Source: Desulfatiglandales bacterium
Lineage (GTDB): Bacteria; Desulfobacterota; DSM-4660; Desulfatiglandales; Desulfatiglandaceae
DNA length: 64,000 nt
Assembly (NCBI GenBank): GCA_963666345.1
Contig: OY762721.1
Coordinates: 352,001-416,000, forward strand
Direction: 5' to 3'
The translations under genes and the position numbers were made by a program. Under the pieces are notes generated by a model. It was given only the letters and a program-made list of their open reading frames with translations, searched no databases and was not told the origin of the DNA. Within the stretch, counting starts at the first letter, position 1, and the number at the start of each line of letters is the position of its first letter. This document shows, piece after piece, positions 38,343 to 46,990 of this stretch.

Positions 38343-40076
38343 ATGAAACCATATTTTGAAAAGATGGATCCTATAGGAAAGGCGCTTAATGACAAACAAA
38401 GGCTGGGCGGAAAGGAAAACGTCGACCAGATAAGGCAGGTGGAAAACGAGGTCCTCAAGGCCGTTGAAGCGGTGAAAAACGCGGGCATACCTGCAGAGAA
38501 GATAAAGAGCAGAGGCCAGTTGACCATATGGGAAAGGATCGAATACCTTGTGGATCCGGGCACATGGTGTCCCTTACACACCCTTTACAACCCGATGTTC
38601 AATGAGGAAGGCACCACCGGAGTTATTGACGGTCTTGCCAGGATAAACGGCAAGTGGGCCGTTGTAATAGGCTTTGACAACAAGGTGATGGCGGGAGCAT
38701 GGATAGCCGGACAGTCGGAAAATCAACTGAGGGTAACAGACATTGCCAAGAGACTTCATATACCCCTTGTCTGGCTGGTCAACTGCAGCGGAGTCAAGCT
38801 TCCTGAGCAGGAAAAGGTATATGCGAACAGAAGGGGTAATGGAACGACTTTTTTTCGTCATGCCGAACTTGAAAAAAGCGGGATTCCTGTGCTCGCAGGA
38901 ATTTACGGCACCAACCCTGCGGGAGGTGGCTACCAGGGAATCAGTCCCACCATCCTTCTGGCGCATAAGGATGCCAATATTGCCGTGGGAGGAGGAGGAA
39001 TCGTGAGCGGAATGAGCCCCAAGGGTTCATTTGACGAAGAGGGTGCCGAACAGATAATCGAGGCCACCAGACATTTCAAACAGGTTCCTCCAGGCAGTGT
39101 CCCCATTCATTACAATGAAACAGGTTTCTTCAAGGAAGTCTACGACACCGAGCAGGAGGTCCTTGACGCGCTAAAGAGATATGTGGACATGTGCCCGGCA
39201 TATGATCCCTCATTTTTCCGTGTTGCAGAACCCAAGGAGCCGAAGTTCTCAGGTGAAGACATAGATTATCTGATAGCCTTTAATCAGAAGAGGAGCTACA
39301 ACTTCGACGAGATACTGGCAAGGATATTTGACGACAGTGAACATATGGAATTCAGGCCTGACTACGGCCCTGAAGTCTACACTGGGCTTGCCAAAATCGA
39401 TGGTTTTCTCATGGGATTCATAGGCAACCGGCAGGGCTTTCTGGGTGCCGAATATCCCGAATACGCCCCCTACCCCGGCATAGGCGGCAAGCTCTACAGG
39501 CAGGGACTTATCAAGATGAACGAATTCGTAACCCTGTGCGGTCGGGACAGGGTACCGATAGTCTGGTTCCAGGATACCTCAGGCATCGACGTTGGGGATA
39601 TTGCAGAAAAGGCCGAACTTCTCGGACTGGGCCAGTCTCTTATATATTCAATCGAACAGACGGACGTCCCGCAGATATGCATTGTGATGAGGAAGGGGAC
39701 GGCTGCCGCCCATTACATAATGGGAGGCCCGACCGCCAACAATCATAACGCCTTTACACTTGGAACTCCCACCACCGAGATATACGTGATGCACGGAGAG
39801 ACCGCAGCAGCCGCATCTTTTGCCCGAAGGCTGGTAAAGGAAAAGGACGCGGGCCGCCCGATCCAACCGGTCATAGACAAGATGAACAGACTGGCACAGG
39901 AATACCACGACAAGTCAAGGCCGGTCTACTGTGCCAAATCGGGCTTTGTAGACGAAATTGTATCCTTCGGCGATCTGAGAAGATATATCGCTTCTTTTGC
40001 CGGATGTGCGTATCAGAATCCGGTATCCATATGCCCTCAGCACCATATGATGATACCGAGGATAATAAAGGGTTAG
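38343..40076 (+). CDS. gcdA: Glutaconyl-CoA decarboxylase subunit alpha (carboxyltransferase)
   Basis: WCPLHTLYNP, NCSGVKL, GTNPAGGGY, RKGTAAAHY and HGETAAAA motifs. Confidence 0.88.
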   Translation: MKPYFEKMDPIGKALNDKQRLGGKENVDQIRQVENEVLKAVEAVKNAGIPAEKIKSRGQLTIWERIEYLVDPGTWCPLHTLYNPMFNEEGTTGVIDGLARINGKWAVVIGFDNKVMAGAWIAGQSENQLRVTDIAKRLHIPLVWLVNCSGVKLPEQEKVYANRRGNGTTFFRHAELEKSGIPVLAGIYGTNPAGGGYQGISPTILLAHKDANIAVGGGGIVSGMSPKGSFDEEGAEQIIEATRHFKQVPPGSVPIHYNETGFFKEVYDTEQEVLDALKRYVDMCPAYDPSFFRVAEPKEPKFSGEDIDYLIAFNQKRSYNFDEILARIFDDSEHMEFRPDYGPEVYTGLAKIDGFLMGFIGNRQGFLGAEYPEYAPYPGIGGKLYRQGLIKMNEFVTLCGRDRVPIVWFQDTSGIDVGDIAEKAELLGLGQSLIYSIEQTDVPQICIVMRKGTAAAHYIMGGPTANNHNAFTLGTPTTEIYVMHGETAAAASFARRLVKEKDAGRPIQPVIDKMNRLAQEYHDKSRPVYCAKSGFVDEIVSFGDLRRYIASFAGCAYQNPVSICPQHHMMIPRIIKG

Positions 40077-40077
40077 A

Positions 40078-40117
40078 AAAAAGGGGCGGGCCCCCTTCCG
40101 GGAGGTCCGTCCCTTTA
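40078..40117. terminator. Probable bidirectional terminator
   Basis: AAAAAGGGGCGGGCC...GGTCCGTCCCTTT between convergent genes. Confidence 0.65.
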
Positions 40118-40138
40118 TGCCTTCAAGATATCCTGCCT

Positions 40139-40360
40139 CTACTTTTCCACCTTTTCTTCGACCGGAATTCCCCACCACTTTTCATTACCTGATTTTTGAT
40201 AACTATCGTCCGTGGGATTTTTGTACCCGCACCAGCTGTATTTCATATGATCATAGTTCTTGTACAAAGTGTCATGCTCATAAAACTCGGAAAGCTGGGC
40301 GCCGGTGCCACAACCGGAAATAAAACATCCTGCGATCAGCAAAAGGAATAACCTGTACAT
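40139..40360 (-). CDS. Small putative lipoprotein
   Basis: RBS GGGAGG; signal peptide with FISGC lipobox. Confidence 0.75.
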   Translation of the reverse strand: MYRLFLLLIAGCFISGCGTGAQLSEFYEHDTLYKNYDHMKYSWCGYKNPTDDSYQKSGNEKWWGIPVEEKVEK

Positions 40361-40459
40361 TAGTCACTTACCTCCCTTCATCTTTTACATGGGTTTAGAT
40401 ATCTAAAGGAATCTGTTTGTACTAATATACCTGAACACCCGCCTTGGATCAAGGCAAAA

Positions 40460-40616
40460 CCCTGATCCACTATCAAGGAAAGCCGTTCCGCCTAAGCCTT
40501 GCGGCGTATCACTTATACGCCTCAGGCATCGCTCCCCGCCGTCTTGCCGGTGTCCGGGGTATCTTCCAAATTCATTGATTTACATCCCTGTCCTAAAATT
40601 AGATGGTGGATCTGGG
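40460..40616. mobile_element. MITE family A copy with 6-bp TSD GCAAAA
   Basis: TIRs CCCTGATCCAC / GTGGATCTGGG; GCAAAA at 40454-40459 and 40617-40622. Confidence 0.75.
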
Positions 40617-40671
40617 GCAAAAAGGGGGATTAACCGGCTTCTGCGATATGCGTCGGCATAAAAAAGGGACC

Positions 40672-42039
40672 TCACGCCGTGAATCTCAGGAACAGAGTGA
40701 CCAGACCGAGATAGATGGAAAGGGCGAGTATGTCATTCGAAGTGGTTACGAAAGGCCCGGTTGCGAGGGCCGGGTCGATATTAAGCCTTTTCAGGGCTAT
40801 CGGTACTGCGGAGCCTATGAAACCGGAACTCAGGATAATCAATATCAATGAAAACGCTACAACAATGCCGAGTCCGTAACTCGACAGCCAAAAACCGACA
40901 ATCACCCCAAGTATTATTCCGCAGATAACTCCGTTGATGAGTGCGACCCTCAGTTCCATCAAGAGTCTCTTTCCTATGTTCACAAGACCTATATCACCGG
41001 TTGCCAGCCCCCTCACTACCACGGTCGATGCCTGAGTCCCCGTGTTTCCACCCATCGCCATTATAACCGGAAAGAAAAATGAAAGAGCCAGTATCTGCTC
41101 AAGAGGCGCCTCGAACAGATTTATCAGGGCCGCAGCCAGTATTCCCCCCATGAGCCCGGCTATGAGCCATGGAAGCCTCGCCCTTGAAATCTTGACGGTG
41201 GAGTCTTCGGTAATTTCCTGGTCGATAACGCCCGCCATCCTGGAGATGTCTTCATCCACCTCTTCTTCGATGACATCTATGATGTCGTCGTGCGTGATCC
41301 TTCCGACAAGCCTGTGCTGGACATCGACCACCGGGATGGTTACCAGATCGTACTTCTTTACCAGTTGAATTACCTCTTCCTGATCCGCATCGGCATCGAC
41401 CGATATGACTTCAGGGTTCATGATGCCGCTCACCTTGCTTTCAGGAGTGGCAAGGACCAGATCCTTCAACGATATCACGCCTGCGAGCTTTTCAAATTCA
41501 TCCACAACCCAGAGATAATAAAGGTTTTCGACCTCTGACTGTTTTTCACGTATACTCTCTATGGCCTCTTTCACACTGCTGTCGGCCCTCACCGACACAT
41601 ACTCGAGCGCCATTATCCCGCCGGCCGTGTCCTCAGGGTATGGAAGCAACTTTTCCAGTTCTTCTGAAACATCATCCCCGAGGGAGCGAATAATTTCTCT
41701 CGCCCTCTCCTCCGGAAGGTCACCCACGACATCCGCGGCATCGTCCGAGTCCAGTTCCTCGACGATTTCAGAGATTGCACTGTTATCCAGTTCCTTTAAG
41801 ATCCGCCCTTGGACAGGAGCTTCCATTTCAACAAGCACCTCTCCCGCCCCTTCAGGCTCAAGCAGGCTGAAGATAAACATCCTCTCTTCAGGGTCAAGGT
41901 GCTCTATGATGTCGGCCAGATCCGCGGCCCTCAATTCATCAATGGTCTTTCTGAGGGAATCGGAGTCATTCTCGGCCACGGCACTCCTGACATCTTCTAT
42001 AAGTTTTCCGTCAATCGCCCTTGTGGTATAAGATGCCAA
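40672..42039 (-). CDS. mgtE: Magnesium transporter MgtE
   Basis: DTAGGIM, CBS pair, ARLPWL, MGGNTGTQ and DPALATGPFVTT motifs. Confidence 0.95.
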   Translation of the reverse strand: MASYTTRAIDGKLIEDVRSAVAENDSDSLRKTIDELRAADLADIIEHLDPEERMFIFSLLEPEGAGEVLVEMEAPVQGRILKELDNSAISEIVEELDSDDAADVVGDLPEERAREIIRSLGDDVSEELEKLLPYPEDTAGGIMALEYVSVRADSSVKEAIESIREKQSEVENLYYLWVVDEFEKLAGVISLKDLVLATPESKVSGIMNPEVISVDADADQEEVIQLVKKYDLVTIPVVDVQHRLVGRITHDDIIDVIEEEVDEDISRMAGVIDQEITEDSTVKISRARLPWLIAGLMGGILAAALINLFEAPLEQILALSFFFPVIMAMGGNTGTQASTVVVRGLATGDIGLVNIGKRLLMELRVALINGVICGIILGVIVGFWLSSYGLGIVVAFSLILIILSSGFIGSAVPIALKRLNIDPALATGPFVTTSNDILALSIYLGLVTLFLRFTA

Positions 42040-42122
42040 GGTAGACCTCCTCTGGTATTCTTCTGGTTTTCCGATCTATTTCAATTGTACAAAAAACACC
42101 AAACGCGCCTGAAATTCACGAC

Positions 42123-43154
42123 TCATTTTTTAAACGACCTGATCGTTTTTAAGAGATATCCTTTGATATCCCCTACGGCCTTTGGCGGCATGTTTTCAAT
42201 CGGTATTTCCGCCCTGGCCGCGCTCTTGTGTCCACCAGCTGTTCCCAGATGCCCGAAGAGCCGTTCCGCCGCCCTGCCTGCGTCTCCCCTGAAACCAGCG
42301 TTTCTGATTATGACTATAATCTTGCCGTTGTACACTCCGCTTGCGAAACTCCAGGTCGCCTCCGCGAGTCTCATGAAAAAATCCGCTATTATCACAAGAC
42401 TGTCGGGGTTGTCTATACCCCCCATATGCACAATTGCGGTTTCTTTTACAATCTCGAGCCTCTCCATGGCAAGCCGATAGCTTGCAAGGGTATTTGTGGT
42501 CATCTCGGAAGATTCTATCTTCTTGATGATATTCATGTTGGTGAACGTGTAAAGATACCTGAATGCGTCCATATCGTTTGAAAGGGAACCTCTCACGAAA
42601 TTATCCGTATCGGTCTTGATTCCGTAAAACAGGGCCGTGGCAAGTCTGGGGGACGGTTTTATCTTCGCCGCGCGAAGGTATTCGGTCATCACCGTTGAAA
42701 GCGCCCCGAAATTCTCCCTGATGTCCACGAAAGCCGCCCTTGAGCTCTCCTGCACAGGATGGTGGTCGATTATTATATCAAAGCATCGCCCCTTAAAATC
42801 CTCACTATGATCCGGTTGAGAATCAAGAATAGCCCATTTTGATATGAGCGAAGGCTTCATATATCTTATGTGCTGCTGTTCAATCTTGAGAAGCCTTATC
42901 AGTGAAAGGTTGTCCGCTCTTTGAATGGTGTTGATATGATAGACAAAGGCCTTTTTGACCTTTCTCCAGAAAAGCCGCTTAAGGGCCATTGAACTGGCCA
43001 TGGCATCAGGGTCGGCGTTTATTATTATTCCCAGGGTATCGTCCGGACTCACCGTCTCCAAAAGCCTGCCATATCTTTCGTTCACGGAAACGGATTTTGC
43101 AAAGGGATGTTTCATTATACTGTTCATGAAAGCACCTTCTTGAGTCGCCTGCAA
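42123..43154 (-). CDS. DHH family phosphoesterase (NrnA-like)
   Basis: ADPDA, IIDHH, GIKTDT and AGGH motifs. Confidence 0.88.
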   Translation of the reverse strand: MQATQEGAFMNSIMKHPFAKSVSVNERYGRLLETVSPDDTLGIIINADPDAMASSMALKRLFWRKVKKAFVYHINTIQRADNLSLIRLLKIEQQHIRYMKPSLISKWAILDSQPDHSEDFKGRCFDIIIDHHPVQESSRAAFVDIRENFGALSTVMTEYLRAAKIKPSPRLATALFYGIKTDTDNFVRGSLSNDMDAFRYLYTFTNMNIIKKIESSEMTTNTLASYRLAMERLEIVKETAIVHMGGIDNPDSLVIIADFFMRLAEATWSFASGVYNGKIIVIIRNAGFRGDAGRAAERLFGHLGTAGGHKSAARAEIPIENMPPKAVGDIKGYLLKTIRSFKK

Positions 43155-43747
43155 CGTGCTTCAGTATCCCGCGCCATCATTATGTCCGATATGACGGCGG
43201 TCCTCCTGCACCCGGTGGAAACCACGGACCCGATGTTGTCCAGCCCTATCCCGCCTATTGCCACTACCGGAACAGGGCACATCCTTTCAACATCGCCGAT
43301 CAGTTCCAGGCCAACCAGAGGCTCCGGGTCCTTTTTTGTCCCTGTCGCGAAAACCGGTCCAATGCCTATGTAATCCGCGCCTGCCTTTACGGCCGCTTTT
43401 GCCTGTGCAAGGTTATGTGTCGATATGCCTATGATCCTGTCCTTCAGAAGCGGCCTGGCATATTCTATCGGTATGTCTTTCTGCCCCAGATGAACACCGT
43501 CCGCATCAAGCATGACGGTAAGGTCCACATCGTCATCCACGATGAAAAGGACCCCTTCCCTGCCCGTTATCTGTCTCAGCTTGAGTCCCAGTTCCAGGCG
43601 CTCCCTTTTCTCCATATCCTTTTCTCTTAACTGAATAGCGTCGGCGCCGCCCCTTATCTGCGCCTTTACAAGGTCAAGAGGATCCCGGCCTCTCAAAAAA
43701 GGGCCGGGAGAAAAACAGTAGAGCCGAATATCAGCCGGGACCCGCAT
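43124..43747 (-). CDS. thiE: Thiamine phosphate synthase (copy 1)
   Basis: QLREK, DGVHLGQ, GISTH, GPVFATGTK and AIGGI motifs. Confidence 0.93.
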   Translation of the reverse strand: MRVPADIRLYCFSPGPFLRGRDPLDLVKAQIRGGADAIQLREKDMEKRERLELGLKLRQITGREGVLFIVDDDVDLTVMLDADGVHLGQKDIPIEYARPLLKDRIIGISTHNLAQAKAAVKAGADYIGIGPVFATGTKKDPEPLVGLELIGDVERMCPVPVVAIGGIGLDNIGSVVSTGCRRTAVISDIMMARDTEARCRRLKKVLS

Positions 43748-43750
43748 TTT

Positions 43751-44542
43751 TTATCCCTTAAGCCTGTTCACGATAATATCAGACACCTTTCTGCCTGAGC
43801 GCATCATTCCGCCGAAGATGGGTCCCATCCTTGGACCGCCGAAGGCGTTGTTTGCCGCCATCCCGGTTACATAGAGCCCCGGAAATACCTCACCCGTGTT
43901 TTCCACGGTAAAATGCTCTCCCCTGGTTGCCCAGAGAGGCATCTCCCCCACCACATCACCGGTGCTGGTATTGAGCCTGACATTCAGTTTCCGGGCCACA
44001 TTGCGGCATATCTCAGCCGGATGACCTGTTCCGTCCACAACAAATGATGCCCTGATCCCCAGGGGATCAACCGGAAGCTCCAGCTTTTCCACTGTGGACC
44101 AGCTCAGCACAAGGCCCGATACCTTGGTATTGCCGTCTTCTTCCCTGAAAAGCACGTCCGTCGCCCTGATGAGATTAAAGATCAGGGTACCCTCCTTAAC
44201 GCATCTTGAGGCCAGGGTCGCAGTCGCCTCGATGCTGTCCATGGTGAAATAACCATTTCCCTTGTCCGCGCACTTTATTCCAAGCTCCTCGACAATGCCG
44301 AGGGCGTCTTCCTGGATCACTATCTCGTTAAACATCATGCCGCCGCCCCACATGCCCCCTCCAGGGGCAAGCTTGGCCTCGAATATCGCAGCCTTCACCC
44401 CGGCCTTCCCCAGGTAATAACCTGCCACCATGTTGGCAGGTCCCGCGCCGACCAGTGCGACATCCAGCTCAAGGTTATCGAGCAGTTTATCCTTGTACGA
44501 TTCAATAATAGATCTTGATATAATGACATCATCTATTTCCAT
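43751..44542 (-). CDS. thi4: Thi4-type (sulfide-dependent) thiazole synthase
   Basis: GAGP, GGGMWGGG, VDP, DGTGH and PRMGPIFGGM motifs. Confidence 0.92.
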   Translation of the reverse strand: MEIDDVIISRSIIESYKDKLLDNLELDVALVGAGPANMVAGYYLGKAGVKAAIFEAKLAPGGGMWGGGMMFNEIVIQEDALGIVEELGIKCADKGNGYFTMDSIEATATLASRCVKEGTLIFNLIRATDVLFREEDGNTKVSGLVLSWSTVEKLELPVDPLGIRASFVVDGTGHPAEICRNVARKLNVRLNTSTGDVVGEMPLWATRGEHFTVENTGEVFPGLYVTGMAANNAFGGPRMGPIFGGMMRSGRKVSDIIVNRLKG

Positions 44543-44672
44543 TAAAAACCCTCCGTAAACAATAGTTCCCTTTTTTCACTCTGTTCAAATGCGCATGAGA
44601 TTGTGTTTTATAGTCGACAAGGTTTCTTAAATAACACATTATCCCATAACGGTTCAACGTGAAAGGGGACAT

Positions 44673-44820
44673 CCTGATCAGACATCAAGAGGTAATGCGC
44701 GATGTATAAGTCTCAGTCGTTGCTCCTTGGCGCCTTACATATCATACCCCGCCGGTAGCCGGGGCTTCGTCCAAATCCATTGGTCTTCAGACCGATATTT
44801 GAATTAGACGGTGGATTCGC
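44673..44820. repeat. MITE family A copy (degenerate)
   Basis: CCTGATCAGACATCAAGAGGTAATGCGCG...CCAAATCCATTG...AATTAGACGGTGGAT. Confidence 0.6.
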
Positions 44821-44832
44821 TTGTCCCCTGAT

Positions 44833-45621
44833 CTACCAGGGCCAGATCTTTTCAAGGTATTCCAGGCCCGGCCAGAGGTCTTCCTCTTTATGAGGCTCAA
44901 GAGTCACATCCGGCGGGGCATCACGGGTTTCCCTCATGCCCAGGAACAGCCCTTTAAAATCGATTACTCCTTTTCCAGGTGCCAGGTGTTCATCTTTTAC
45001 CCCGAAATTGTCATGAAGATGAACCTTGTCCAGGTAGGCACCGAGTGATTCCAGCCATGTACGATCGCTTATACCGCTGAACGCCCGCTGATGACCCGTG
45101 TCAAAACAAAAACCTGTATCGTTCCTGTCAAGTGATTCCAGGACCATCCTTATCTCCCGAGGATCATGCTCATACACGTTTTCAAGCATCAGTCTGCAAC
45201 CCTGACCCTTCAAAAGGCCGCAAAGCCGGGACCAGGTACCTATGCTTCTCTTTATCCACTCCGCTTTTTCAAAGCCGTACCTTTTTTCATCGTAACCTGC
45301 ATGAAACACGATATTTTCCGCCTTGAATATGGATACCGCTCTTACTGTCTGCTCAAGACGCATCCAGGTAACCTTTAAAATTTCCCGATCCAGGGAGCCG
45401 GGGGAAAGATCAAAAAAAGGGCCGTGCAGCGTGACTCTCAAGCCATGCCTTTCAAGCCTGCTGGATATTCCAGCGGCCTCACCCGGGTCCAGTTCATCCA
45501 GTGAAGAGGCGTCAAGGCCTATCTCAGGGTTCAGGCCCTGCCTGATGAAAAGATCCAGATACCTGTCCCTGAGCATCTTAAACGGCACGCTTATCTGGAT
45601 CTTTTCTTTTATTCTGGACAT
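44833..45621 (-). CDS. Sugar phosphate isomerase/epimerase (AP endonuclease 2 TIM barrel)
   Basis: TLHGPF, MLENV, CFDTGH, HLHDN and TLEPH motifs. Confidence 0.88.
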   Translation of the reverse strand: MSRIKEKIQISVPFKMLRDRYLDLFIRQGLNPEIGLDASSLDELDPGEAAGISSRLERHGLRVTLHGPFFDLSPGSLDREILKVTWMRLEQTVRAVSIFKAENIVFHAGYDEKRYGFEKAEWIKRSIGTWSRLCGLLKGQGCRLMLENVYEHDPREIRMVLESLDRNDTGFCFDTGHQRAFSGISDRTWLESLGAYLDKVHLHDNFGVKDEHLAPGKGVIDFKGLFLGMRETRDAPPDVTLEPHKEEDLWPGLEYLEKIWPW

Positions 45622-45705
45622 AATGTAAAATCCCTTTTAGTAAAGAATTCTTAAGACAGGGAGGCCCGTTGCAGGTAATCCTGAAAATCAGCAGGTAGAG
45701 AAAAG

Positions 45706-46038
45706 ATGAAATCTTATTACATCGATGAAATATCGGAAAAGGATATGCAGACTGTCGGGGAATATCTCAAGACAGAAGGTTTTTCCTCCTCACTTGAAAA
45801 GATCTTCTGGATCCCCTTGCCTGACGAATTGCTGTCTCCTCTGCAGTCTGAGCATAAACAATGCCAACCCCATGTCTTTGCCCTAGAGCTGGGAAAAGGG
45901 TGGATAAAGGCGGAAATGTTCGTTCGCAGCCTCAAAAACATGAGATGTACCTGCCCCGGGTACTGTGAGGAGGGGCAAAGGGGCTATGTTATGTCCTTTG
46001 TTGAAAATCTGATCGGAAGGCTGGGTATCGGCACATGA
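45706..46038 (+). CDS. Hypothetical protein
   Basis: Clean ORF with HKQCQPH and CTCPGYC (possible metal site). Confidence 0.7.
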   Translation: MKSYYIDEISEKDMQTVGEYLKTEGFSSSLEKIFWIPLPDELLSPLQSEHKQCQPHVFALELGKGWIKAEMFVRSLKNMRCTCPGYCEEGQRGYVMSFVENLIGRLGIGT

Positions 46039-46101
46039 ACGGGCACGCCTTTTTCCACCGATTGCCCCTTTAGCTAAAAAACTTAAAGGCTCAAACAGGG
46101 T

Positions 46102-46500
46102 CTATTCCGCTATTAGCGCCTTTCTGATTTCCTCCTTGATAGCCATGGAGGCGTTCTTGTCCCCCAGATATCCTACTCTTATTGATACCTCGGTTTCTTC
46201 CGACGATTTGTAGTTCACCTTGATGGTAACGGGCTTATGATCGACCCTTTTTGCATAAATTTTTCCGGTTGTTACATCATGTTCTTCAAGCTCTACCCTG
46301 AAGTTCATATCCTTCATGGCCTTTACGGTTGTATCCCAGGTTTTCGTAAAAGGAGCCTTGTAAGTCACCAGGAGCGACCCCTGATAATACTTGAAACCGG
46401 CTACGCCTGCGGCTCCGCCCGCCAGAAAGACTGCAGGGGCGCAGCTTACCATGAATAAAAACAGGCTTAGGACGGTTAAAAGGCCTTTCAATTTTCGCAT
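46102..46500 (-). CDS. DUF3568-like lipoprotein
   Basis: Lipobox VSC, GGAAGVAG, SIRVGYLGD; RBS GGAGG. Confidence 0.75.
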   Translation of the reverse strand: MRKLKGLLTVLSLFLFMVSCAPAVFLAGGAAGVAGFKYYQGSLLVTYKAPFTKTWDTTVKAMKDMNFRVELEEHDVTTGKIYAKRVDHKPVTIKVNYKSSEETEVSIRVGYLGDKNASMAIKEEIRKALIAE

Positions 46501-46642
46501 AACAAAACCTCCGTTTTTTTACTGTAACAGGTCCTGCCCTAAAAAAACCCTCATATAAAAGAGATGAAAATATCTTATGAACCTGATCAGCTTTGAGAAT
46601 TTTTAATACTGCTTATTTATACTCCTGTCAATAGAGGATTAC

Positions 46643-46833
46643 CCCAAATCCAGCTTCTAATTCGGTATCGGCATTAAAATCAATGGTTTTGGCGCACCTG
46701 GGTACCGTCAAGGTGCCGGATGTCAAACGCCGATGAACAATGCCTGAGGTGTATGAATGATACGCCGCAAGGCTGAGCAATCAAAGGCAATCCCGCTTAA
46801 GCGGGTGAGATGATACCTCGATGGTGGATCGGG
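46643..46833. mobile_element. MITE family A copy (inverted) with near-perfect 6-bp TSD GATTAC/GATTAT
   Basis: Reverse complement shares CCTTGCGGCGTATCA..ATAC.CCTCAGGCAT and both ends with the 40460 copy. Confidence 0.75.
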
Positions 46834-46990
46834 GATTATGGGTTTGACTTGAGCTCCGCTATTTGATAGCTTTTCTTCTTCTTGTTTAAAGAATTCATAA
46901 CCTTGTAAAATAAGGATTTTTTGATATAGCTGATCCCACCGAAGGCGGCAGGAACTGATAAGACCGTCAATTTTTATGGAGGCACTTTTC

